DNA of 32,000 nucleotides from NCBI RefSeq assembly GCF_003945235.1, contig NZ_RSDW01000001.1, forward strand, positions 2,760,001 to 2,792,000. Reading direction: 5' to 3'. The notes beneath the pieces were generated by a model, which was given only the letters and a program-made list of their open reading frames with translations, did no database searches and had not been told where the DNA came from. Positions 18,340-26,071 of the stretch are shown one piece after another. The first letter of the stretch is position 1. The number at the start of each line of letters is the position of its first letter. Position numbers and translations under genes: made by a program. The DNA comes from Edaphobacter aggregans (GTDB lineage: Bacteria; Acidobacteriota; Terriglobia; Terriglobales; Acidobacteriaceae).

Positions 18340-18657
18340 CTACTCGCTTCCCTTTGCTGCCGACAACATCTCCGTCAGGATCTCTTCGGTCGCGCTCGCC
18401 AACGCAACGCTGGTTCCATCCGCCGACTTGATCGTAACCTGGGGAGCATCGGATCTTTTTGCCAGCTTCGCCTTGAGTTCGAGCAAAGCGCTGATCAGCT
18501 TCACCGTACCCGCCGCAAGCGCCAGAATCGTTACCGGATCCATGCGGGCGTTTTTCCATCGAGTCACCTCGACAGAAGAGAGGTTCGTTTCGACTTCCTT
18601 CACGATCGCCTCATCGCGCGAATCGATCCGAAGTTCCAGCTGCGCTTCGTCGGCCAT
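18340..18657 (-). CDS. Small partner protein of the CHAT protease, EACC1-like with a hydrophobic core helix
   Basis: 105-aa ORF from ATG 18657, with a perfect GGAGG 5 nt upstream. It starts 20 nt after the CHAT gene stop (18678). The layout is an acidic N-terminus (ADEAQLELRIDSRDE), the hydrophobic segment MDPVTILALAAGTVKLISALLEL, then the basic KAKLAKR and QVTIKSADGTSVALAS. Confidence 0.7.
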   Translation of the reverse strand: MADEAQLELRIDSRDEAIVKEVETNLSSVEVTRWKNARMDPVTILALAAGTVKLISALLELKAKLAKRSDAPQVTIKSADGTSVALASATEEILTEMLSAAKGSE

Positions 18658-18677
18658 TTTTTCCTCCACACAAAAAC

Positions 18678-21302
18678 CTAAGGAATTCCCATGTATCCGA
18701 ATGCGGCGAAGTCTTCGATCCCCTGGTCCGCCCGCATCTCGCGTTGCACCTCTGCAACATAGCGCAGAGGCTTCGAACCCTTTCCAGCCACTACCTTCTC
18801 ATAAAATCGAGACATAAAGGCCGCCGCTACCTCATCGTACACAGGCCAGCGGCTGCCGATCACGCACCGCGCACCCGCACGGAGCAAGCTGCCTGTCAGC
18901 CCGTGACAGTTATTTTGCGGACTGAGCGACATCAACGCAGTCGAGCACGCCGACATCGTAACCACAGGGTTATTGTGAAATTTCACGGTGCTCATAATAT
19001 CGCCCGCAGTGACCCGTTGGCTGTCGCTTTGCACGTCGGGCACAAAATGCAAAGCCGCATTCAGCGGCGACTCCGCATCATACGTTCCGTGACACACAAA
19101 ATGAATGTATTCGTAATCCTGCCGGAGCTGATCGAGCACGGAAAGCTTGTTGCAGTCGGCGCCCGATAAAAGCACCATCCGTTCGCCGAACAGAGTATGG
19201 AGAACCTCGACCTCCCGCGCCGCATTGGTCAGGTCGTCGCCCTGATAACCAACGACCAGCAACCTACCGCCTCTCTTGGCTTTGTTTATTTTGGTGAGAT
19301 CGTAGCCGAGCCTCAGGGACGGCACGTACGCAACCTCATAGCGATCGAGCAGAAAGCTATCGGCCTTCGGCTCATCTATCAATGCTTCAAACGCAATGCG
19401 AGTCAACCCACCTGGCAGGCAGAAAACAATTCGCTTAACGTCCCACCTCTGCAGCGTGGGTTCGATCGCCTTGAAAAATGCCTCGTACCCCACGGTATGG
19501 ATGCGTTTCAGGTTACGTTCGCGGAAGGGGCCGGGGCTAATCAGATCCACGCTCCATGCAATCGAGTCATCCCCCGCAGGCCATGTAGCGACTTCGATAT
19601 CAGGCTCCTTCGAATCGGAAGGACCGCAAATAAACGCGATCATCTCCGGTTTCTCATTTCTCTCATAAGGCTTGTACATATAGCTGATACACGCAGTTGA
19701 GATTTTGTCGCGCCTTAGATATTCGAGTAGACCCAAAACAACTGGCGCAATCGGCTCGGGCGTTTGCTGAGAGTCAGACTCGTCAAAAAATTCTTGACCT
19801 AAGTCCCGAGCCAGAATCGATACGGCCTCCTTCTCCAACCGCTCTTGGTCCGTATCATCCATGGTGTGTAGCCGCACCGTCGCGGCACGCAGAGTTTCGG
19901 CTGCCGCCAGCGCTTCGAGCGGCTGGTCTGCTTCGACGTAAGCGCGGGCCAGATTGTCGAATAGCACCAGCATGCGTTCAGACCGTTGCTGGAGGATCCA
20001 CTCCTCAGAATTCTGGCGAATTTGCAGCAGCGCAAAAGAAGCGCCTCCCTGCAACGCAACCAGTTCATGGTTTTTTGCGCCTAGCTTACGTGCGATGGTC
20101 GCCAATTGCACAAAACGTCCCCATTGGAAGCTCCGGGCGATCCGCTTCTCGTCCGCAGAGATTGAGGCGATCAAATCTTGTTCCGCCTGCAGCAGTTGCT
20201 CCTGCGTGGGGTCGTCGAGCATCGCAATCGTCTCACCACGCGATTGCATCACCCCAATCAAAAGATAGTCGGGTAGTTCAAATCCAAGTGCCTTTTCAAA
20301 CTGCTCGAGGGCTTCACGGATCTGTGCCTGGTCCGCGTTGCCGATGCGAAGCAGATCACCAACGAGATGATGCGTTCGACCTACTTGGAAGCGCGCTGTG
20401 AGGATTCTCTTATCGTCCGGCTCGGCCGGATTGCGCGGTGGTTCGGAAGCCAGTTGCTTCTCATATTCCGCCAGTACCCTCCGCGCAAGGGCAATGCCCT
20501 CCTCGCGAATCCTGGGCCGTCCCAGGGCCTCCGCTGCTTCGTCTTCCGGACATTGCGTCAGAATGCTGTAAATCAGCATCGCGCAGTTGTGTTCTATCGC
20601 AGCGCGGGTAAAAGCATCAAAGGCAAGTTCGGCGGCCTGTTCTTGGAGGGTAAGTGCTCTGGCCGCAGCCGCAAAATCTCCAGTCGTACGGAAGTAATCT
20701 TTCAGCAGCTGCCCTTGCAAGGAGACAAGCCAGCAGAATTCTTCGAGGTTCTCGTACCCATCGCTTGAACAGAGCGTGCTGCAGAACAGCACCTCGCAAA
20801 GAATGTGCAGGTGCGAGTCCGGGAACAGCTGTACAGCCCATGCCACCTCTTCATTAATTTGCTCGCCATCCTTCAGCGGATTCACGCCCCAAAGTTCTTC
20901 CTGGTCTGTCCCAAGGAGCGATAGACCAGCCTTACCGAAACGCTTCGGATACGGCGGCGAGATCGTTATACCTTTCAGGTTGATACGATGCGAGCCGCAT
21001 TGACCACACTTCAAATCGAGCCACGGAGCGGTGACTGTATCCGATAAGTCGTGCCCACAGTCCAGACACTCCCCCTCAACCTGCTCCCAATGCCGAATTA
21101 CGGCTCTCTTCTTCGATCCGCAATTGCGGCAAGGTGTAGCCAGGGCTGACTTCGAAGAAGTCCAACGCGCCGGGTTCGCGCGATCTTCCCAACCGCATTG
21201 ACTACAAGCAACGTAAATCTGGGCATTTGCGGATAACAGCGGAAGAACACGTTCCTGACGGAACGCAACCGGTAACTGGAAGAACATTTGATCGCGAGGC
21301 AT
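18678..21302 (-). CDS. Zinc-ribbon / helical-repeat / CHAT-domain (caspase-like) protease
   Basis: 874 aa. C-terminal CHAT signature: YIHFVCHGTYD (His738, codon 19089-19091), VVTMSACSTAL (Cys786, codon 18945-18947), then GLTGSLLRAGARCVIGSRWPVYDEVAAAFMSRFY. The N-terminus carries two CxxC...CxxC zinc ribbons (C33/36/58/61 and C79/82/99/102). The middle ~400 aa are helix-rich and TPR-like. Confidence 0.88.
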   Translation of the reverse strand: MPRDQMFFQLPVAFRQERVLPLLSANAQIYVACSQCGWEDRANPARWTSSKSALATPCRNCGSKKRAVIRHWEQVEGECLDCGHDLSDTVTAPWLDLKCGQCGSHRINLKGITISPPYPKRFGKAGLSLLGTDQEELWGVNPLKDGEQINEEVAWAVQLFPDSHLHILCEVLFCSTLCSSDGYENLEEFCWLVSLQGQLLKDYFRTTGDFAAAARALTLQEQAAELAFDAFTRAAIEHNCAMLIYSILTQCPEDEAAEALGRPRIREEGIALARRVLAEYEKQLASEPPRNPAEPDDKRILTARFQVGRTHHLVGDLLRIGNADQAQIREALEQFEKALGFELPDYLLIGVMQSRGETIAMLDDPTQEQLLQAEQDLIASISADEKRIARSFQWGRFVQLATIARKLGAKNHELVALQGGASFALLQIRQNSEEWILQQRSERMLVLFDNLARAYVEADQPLEALAAAETLRAATVRLHTMDDTDQERLEKEAVSILARDLGQEFFDESDSQQTPEPIAPVVLGLLEYLRRDKISTACISYMYKPYERNEKPEMIAFICGPSDSKEPDIEVATWPAGDDSIAWSVDLISPGPFRERNLKRIHTVGYEAFFKAIEPTLQRWDVKRIVFCLPGGLTRIAFEALIDEPKADSFLLDRYEVAYVPSLRLGYDLTKINKAKRGGRLLVVGYQGDDLTNAAREVEVLHTLFGERMVLLSGADCNKLSVLDQLRQDYEYIHFVCHGTYDAESPLNAALHFVPDVQSDSQRVTAGDIMSTVKFHNNPVVTMSACSTALMSLSPQNNCHGLTGSLLRAGARCVIGSRWPVYDEVAAAFMSRFYEKVVAGKGSKPLRYVAEVQREMRADQGIEDFAAFGYMGIP

Positions 21303-21493
21303 GCAATCGTCCTTTTGATTCCGCTATCGTCCCGGCTCTCGGGAATAGTAGCCGAATCAAAGCAGTTTCTGCTAGCGGTGAAAACGTAGTCTTCGTCTTT
21401 GTCGCCATCCCAACCCTGGGGCCCCGACCGGAAAGAATCCCCGCATTTCGCTTCTACCGCCTAACCACACCCCAGAAGCAGCTTTTGTTTTTC

Positions 21494-21711
21494 CTGCCAT
21501 CCCCGCAGGGAAATGCTGTTGTCATTGTCGCTGCTGTTGCTGTTGCTGTTGTATTTGCAGTTGCAGTTGCTTTTCTTGCTTGTCATCCCCGAAGGGGACC
21601 TGCTGTTGTCGTTGCTGTTGTCGTTGCTGTTGCTGTTGCTGTTGCCTTTTGGTTGTCATCCCGCAGGGATCTGCTGTTGTATTTGCTGTTGTATTTGCAT
21701 TTGCCCTTGCC
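21494..21711. repeat. Tandem array of three GYCATCCC-hairpin units, each followed by a (GCTGTT)n-like microsatellite
   Basis: Units start near 21494 (CTGCCATCCCCGCAGGGAAATGCTGTTG), 21580 (TTGTCATCCCCGAAGGGGACCTGCTGTTG) and 21653 (TTGTCATCCCGCAGGGATCTGCTGTTG). Each is followed by 40-60 nt of GTTGCT/GTATTT low-complexity repeats. Confidence 0.85.
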
Positions 21712-21786
21712 TCAAGGTACCCCAAGGCTTCAGCCTTGGGTCTCTTTCGCCACGAGCAAAAGGGGCTTTAGCCCCTGGGGTATGCC
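21712..21786. repeat. Twin-hairpin repeat module
   Basis: CCCAAGGCTTCAGCCTTGGG (8-bp stem) and GGGGCTTTAGCCCC (5-bp stem), separated by TCTCTTTCGCCACGAGCAAAA. I recall this motif as an acidobacterial interspersed element, but that is not verified. Confidence 0.55.
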
Positions 21787-22012
21787 TTCTGTATTTTCGC
21801 TTTACGCTGCCGTTGTTCTTCTCTACACCGCTGCAATCGGGCCATCAAAAAAAGTCCAAAAAAGTGCCGATTTTCCATCGTCGAAAAAGCAGCCACCCGC
21901 TGACCACAATTCACCACGAAGCTTCCACACTAGCCACACTTTTTACCACGTTCTGGCACACGAATTCGCCAAAACCTCAGCAAAAATGCCACTCCACCAC
22001 GTCGAAAAAACG

Positions 22013-23596
22013 CTACAAAATGTACCGCGAAAGATCCTGGTCCTTCACAATCGAAGCCACCTGCTGCTTCACATACTCCGGATCGACCACGATCACCTTC
22101 TCCACACCCGTAGCCGTCTGCCGCTCAATCACCGGCAGCGGAGGCGAAGGCTTCTGCGGCTCTCCCGTCAGCGAAGCCGACACCGGAACCTCAGCAACCA
22201 CGCCCTCTTCCGTCACCTCGGCCCGCGGACTCTTGAACAGATCCGGTGCCTGGAAGCTGATCTCATCCAGCACCCGTTCCAGAATCGTATGCAGCCTTCT
22301 AGCCCCAATGTTTTCAGTGGTTTCGTTCACCCGGAAAGCAAACTGCGCCATCTCCGCAATCGCCTCCTTCGTGAACTCCAGCTTCAACCCCTCCGTCTCC
22401 AGAAGCGCCGTAGACTGCTTCACCAGCGAAGACTTAGGCTCTGTCAAAATCCGTACAAAGTCATTCACCGTAAGTGATTGCAATTCAACACGAATCGGGA
22501 ACCGCCCCTGCAACTCCGGAATCAAATCCGAGGGCTTCGAAACATGAAAAGCCCCGGCCGCAATGAACAAAATATGATCGGTCGAAACCATCCCATACTT
22601 CGTATTAACCGTAGTCCCCTCAACAATCGGCAAAATATCCCGCTGCACACCTTCTCGCGAAACATCCGGCCCATGACCACCCTCACGCCCGGCAATCTTG
22701 TCGATCTCATCGAGAAAAACCATCCCCGAATCCTCAACCCGCTCCACCGCCAAACGCGTCACCTGATCCATATCGATCAGCCGATTTTCCTCTTCCTGCA
22801 CCAAATAATCGAACGCCTCAACAACCTTCATCTTCCGCTTCTTCGTGCGCTGGCCAAACAATCCCGGCAACATATCCTTCAGGTTGATGTCCATCTCTTC
22901 CGTGCCCTGATTCGTAATCACCTCAAAGCTCGGCGTATTACGATCCCGCACATCCAACTCAACAACGCGCTCATCCAGCTTGCCCTCGCGAAACTGCTGT
23001 CGCAGCTTCTCCCGAGTCCGCTGCTCGCGATCACCCGGCTTCTCTTCGCCGCTATCCACAGCTGTAGCCGCAGGCAGTTGAATCACGTTGCTCCCCGGCT
23101 CATGCGTCGCCGCAGCCGCAGTGACAGCAGCAGGCGTAGGAGGCAGCAGCAGATCAATCAGACGGTCTTCGGCCGCCATTTCCGCCTTGTCCTCGACATC
23201 CTCCATCTTCTCTTCGCGAACCATGTCGATCGCAATCTCCACCAGATCGCGCACAATCGACTCGACATCGCGGCCAACATACCCTACCTCAGTAAACTTC
23301 GAGGCCTCGACCTTCAAAAACGGCGAATTCGTCAGCTTAGCCAGCCGCCGCGCAATCTCTGTCTTACCCACGCCCGTCGGCCCGATCATGATGATGTTCT
23401 TCGGCATGATCTCGTCTGCCAACTCAGGCGAAAGCTTCTGCCGTCGCATCCGGTTGCGAAGCGCAATCGCCACGGCCCGCTTCGCCGCATGCTGCCCTAC
23501 AACGTACTTATCCAACTCCGCGACGATCTCGCGCGGCGTCATCTCATCCAGCGCCAACGCCTGATCGTCAGCCGTTCCCGGTAAAAAAATAGCCAT
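22013..23596 (-). CDS. hslU: ATP-dependent protease ATPase subunit HslU
   Basis: 527 aa. [31 protein letters not shown], Walker [24 protein letters not shown], and the C-terminal DLSRYIL. It is longer than the 443-aa E. coli HslU I recall, because of insertions in the I-domain and near the C-terminus. Confidence 0.95.
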   Translation of the reverse strand: MAIFLPGTADDQALALDEMTPREIVAELDKYVVGQHAAKRAVAIALRNRMRRQKLSPELADEIMPKNIIMIGPTGVGKTEIARRLAKLTNSPFLKVEASKFTEVGYVGRDVESIVRDLVEIAIDMVREEKMEDVEDKAEMAAEDRLIDLLLPPTPAAVTAAAATHEPGSNVIQLPAATAVDSGEEKPGDREQRTREKLRQQFREGKLDERVVELDVRDRNTPSFEVITNQGTEEMDINLKDMLPGLFGQRTKKRKMKVVEAFDYLVQEEENRLIDMDQVTRLAVERVEDSGMVFLDEIDKIAGREGGHGPDVSREGVQRDILPIVEGTTVNTKYGMVSTDHILFIAAGAFHVSKPSDLIPELQGRFPIRVELQSLTVNDFVRILTEPKSSLVKQSTALLETEGLKLEFTKEAIAEMAQFAFRVNETTENIGARRLHTILERVLDEISFQAPDLFKSPRAEVTEEGVVAEVPVSASLTGEPQKPSPPLPVIERQTATGVEKVIVVDPEYVKQQVASIVKDQDLSRYIL

Positions 23597-23656
23597 AATG
23601 CGGTACTCCTAAATTAAAAAACGATACGACACAGAGTGATGTACGAAGCCACGCCG

Positions 23657-24301
23657 TTACGGGTTCGCAGGTTCTGCCTTCAACTCTTCAATCGTCATCT
23701 GATCATTCGTATAGATACAAATCTGTCCAGCGATCTTTAGACTCTTCTCCGCGATCTCACGCGCGCTCAAATTCGTATTCTCCATCAGAGCCCGCGCACT
23801 AGCCAGTGCATAGCTACCGCCTGAGCCAATCGTCGCAATCCCCTCATCCGGATCGATCACATCACCAGTACCTGACAGCAGAAACGTCTGCTTCGCATCA
23901 GTCACAATCAGCAGAGCCTCAAGCTGACGCAGCATCTTATCCGTCCGCCAGTCCTTGGCCAACTCCACCGCAGCGCGCCCCAGATTCCCGGCATACTGCT
24001 CCAGCTTCGTCTCAAACCGCGCAAACAGACTGAAAGCATCCGCCGTCGATCCAGCGAAACCCGCCAACACTTTGTCGTTATAGAGCTTGCGAATCTTCTT
24101 CGCCGACCCCTTCATCACCGTGGCGCCAATCGACACCTGCCCATCGGCAGCCATCACCACCGAGTCCCCCCGGCGCACGCAGATCACAGTAGTTGAACGA
24201 ATCCGCCGCCCCTCACCCAGATCCAGAGGATGCGCGAGATTCAGCAGAGAAGACTTATTTGGGCGAACAGACGGCTTGGTAGAGGAAGAAAGACGAGACA
24301 T
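23657..24301 (-). CDS. hslV: ATP-dependent protease subunit HslV with a 36-residue N-terminal leader
   Basis: HslV core [21 protein letters not shown]...GSGG.YA is present. The start is taken at ATG 24301 (GAGGAG 5 nt upstream). The conserved catalytic Thr-Thr occupies codons 24193-24188, i.e. residues 37-38 rather than 2-3. Confidence 0.9.
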   Translation of the reverse strand: MSRLSSSTKPSVRPNKSSLLNLAHPLDLGEGRRIRSTTVICVRRGDSVVMAADGQVSIGATVMKGSAKKIRKLYNDKVLAGFAGSTADAFSLFARFETKLEQYAGNLGRAAVELAKDWRTDKMLRQLEALLIVTDAKQTFLLSGTGDVIDPDEGIATIGSGGSYALASARALMENTNLSAREIAEKSLKIAGQICIYTNDQMTIEELKAEPANP

Positions 24302-24353
24302 TGGCACTCCTCAGTATATCGCCAACTCCTCGCATCCCTCGCCTAACGTCAAT

Positions 24354-25940
24354 CTACCGGCAAACCGAGTTCCCCGCATCCTGAATCGCCAGAAACGTAA
24401 TACTTACCGGCGCAAGGCTGACATTCCCGGCCTTGGTCAATTCGCCCTTCATCTGAGGAAGCGCATCATCCGCTCCAAGCATCAGTTCCCGCCCGTTGAG
24501 GCTCACCCTGTTGTCCAGCAGATCCTTTGCCGTCAGCGTAAAACGCTCTGACTTCACCGGCACTGCAAACTCATGAGAAGCACTTCGGTCAGCATTGATC
24601 GCCAGCAAAGCCACCCCACCTTGACGTCCCCGCAGACAATGCGCATACAGAAACACGTTCGGAGCAGGAGATGGCCCAGCATCCAGCACCGTCGTCCCCA
24701 TCAAATTCCGCCACAGCAGCGCAGCCCAGTAATTCGGTCTAGGCTCCAGCGTGCTCTCATCGATCAGCCCGTAGTCGCTCGCCGCCAGCGTATTGTGAAT
24801 CACCACCTGCACGCCGCGCTTTGCCAGAGTGCCAAGCTGGTTCAGATACCGGAAGCTATCGATGAAACTCGAAGCCCACGGATCTCCCCCGCAAGCCGTC
24901 TCTCCCGTCTCGGTCAGCCACATCGGCCTACCTGCTTCATACTTGTCCCGAAGAGCGGCATAAAAAGCCTCGTCTTTGTTCGTTCGGGCCAGCCAATCCT
25001 CCGATAACGCCGCCTCAGCCGTCACCTGAGAACCCATCCCCGGCCGGTAACAACGCTTCGACACCCCTCCATAAAAATGATACGAGAACGCATCCACCTC
25101 CGACCCCGGCTGGGACAACATGTCCTCCGTCTTAACCAGAGCGAACCCGGTAGCCAGTCCATTCTCTCCCACCGACCCCGGCCCAAGAATCACCATCCCT
25201 GGCGCGTTCGCCTTGGCAAAAGTGTGAAATACCTTGTAATCGCGTCCATACGCCGTACCGTCATAGCCCTTTGGAGCGCCGCCAATCGTCGCGAATGTCG
25301 GCTCATTGAAGAACTCCGCAGCAGCAACATCTCCACCAATATTCTTGCTATACGCCAAAAACTTCGCCGCCTCATCCGGAGTCCACACGCCATCCGCATT
25401 GCGAACGCCACCACTTACAGCAAATGACGTAACGATCTTCGCATCCACCGCGTGCGCAAAATCAACCACGCCCTTCCACTCTTTCCTCGTCAACACACTG
25501 CCAAAACCCGTCGGCGGAGCAGCCGGCGCCGCCTCATCCGAATCCTGAAAGTACGTCGAGTTCGCCCATGTCCCGCTCACCCGCACATAGGCAGGCCCCA
25601 ACGCCGCCGCCAGTTTGCGCAACCTCGGATTCGTCAGATCAATCGGAGACCTGTAACGGTACAGCGATGGATCCATCCCCGCAGGCACGGAAAGCTTCGC
25701 CGCCGACGGCTCTACCGCAGCGTTCGCACTCTTCTTATATGGAGCCCAGAACCTTCCACCCGTCACTTCCACCATCTCAATATTGAACGACTGGAACCTC
25801 TCATCAATCGTTCCCACTCGCGGCATTTTCGCTGGCGTTACCGGAGCCGGTGAAGCCCCAAAAAGACTCGGCGTAACCACCACGCCGGCAAACACAACCA
25901 GGGCCGCCCATACGCCGCCTTCAGAACGCATCTTCCTCAT
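24354..25940 (-). CDS. Secreted glycoside hydrolase, GH79-like (beta-glucuronidase/heparanase family)
   Basis: 528 aa with a signal-like leader (VWAALVVFAGVVVTPSLFGA). FFNEPTF is a candidate acid/base motif and PMWLTETGETACGG a candidate nucleophile motif. They resemble heparanase/GH79 GNEPN and WLGETS. Confidence 0.7.
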   Translation of the reverse strand: MRKMRSEGGVWAALVVFAGVVVTPSLFGASPAPVTPAKMPRVGTIDERFQSFNIEMVEVTGGRFWAPYKKSANAAVEPSAAKLSVPAGMDPSLYRYRSPIDLTNPRLRKLAAALGPAYVRVSGTWANSTYFQDSDEAAPAAPPTGFGSVLTRKEWKGVVDFAHAVDAKIVTSFAVSGGVRNADGVWTPDEAAKFLAYSKNIGGDVAAAEFFNEPTFATIGGAPKGYDGTAYGRDYKVFHTFAKANAPGMVILGPGSVGENGLATGFALVKTEDMLSQPGSEVDAFSYHFYGGVSKRCYRPGMGSQVTAEAALSEDWLARTNKDEAFYAALRDKYEAGRPMWLTETGETACGGDPWASSFIDSFRYLNQLGTLAKRGVQVVIHNTLAASDYGLIDESTLEPRPNYWAALLWRNLMGTTVLDAGPSPAPNVFLYAHCLRGRQGGVALLAINADRSASHEFAVPVKSERFTLTAKDLLDNRVSLNGRELMLGADDALPQMKGELTKAGNVSLAPVSITFLAIQDAGNSVCR

Positions 25941-26071
25941 TCAGCCACCCCGAGTTATTTAGTTTGAACTTCGCCGGAATTCTATACCTCGAACACAAGC
26001 TTTGTACCTTAATAAAAATTTTAGTCACGAATCCGGGTCCTACCCCCGCGATCGGAAACTACGGAAAAGCC

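Noticed and set aside
21494-21711. Possible CRISPR array: a repeated ~25-nt core with intervening sequence next to a CHAT (Csx29-like) gene
   Set aside because: There are only three imperfect cores with irregular spacing (about 86, 73 and 59 bp). The 'spacers' are low-complexity GTTGCT/GTATTT microsatellite. No cas genes are present in the window. The core resembles REP-like repeats found elsewhere in the window.
21522-21725. Minus-strand 67-aa poly-Gln ORF (..KRQQQQQQQRQQQRQQQ..), along with the 416- and 344-aa plus-strand ORFs spanning 21227-22547
   Set aside because: They are produced by reading through the microsatellite and repeat field and antisense to hslU. They are low-complexity, lack plausible starts or RBS, and overlap well-supported genes.
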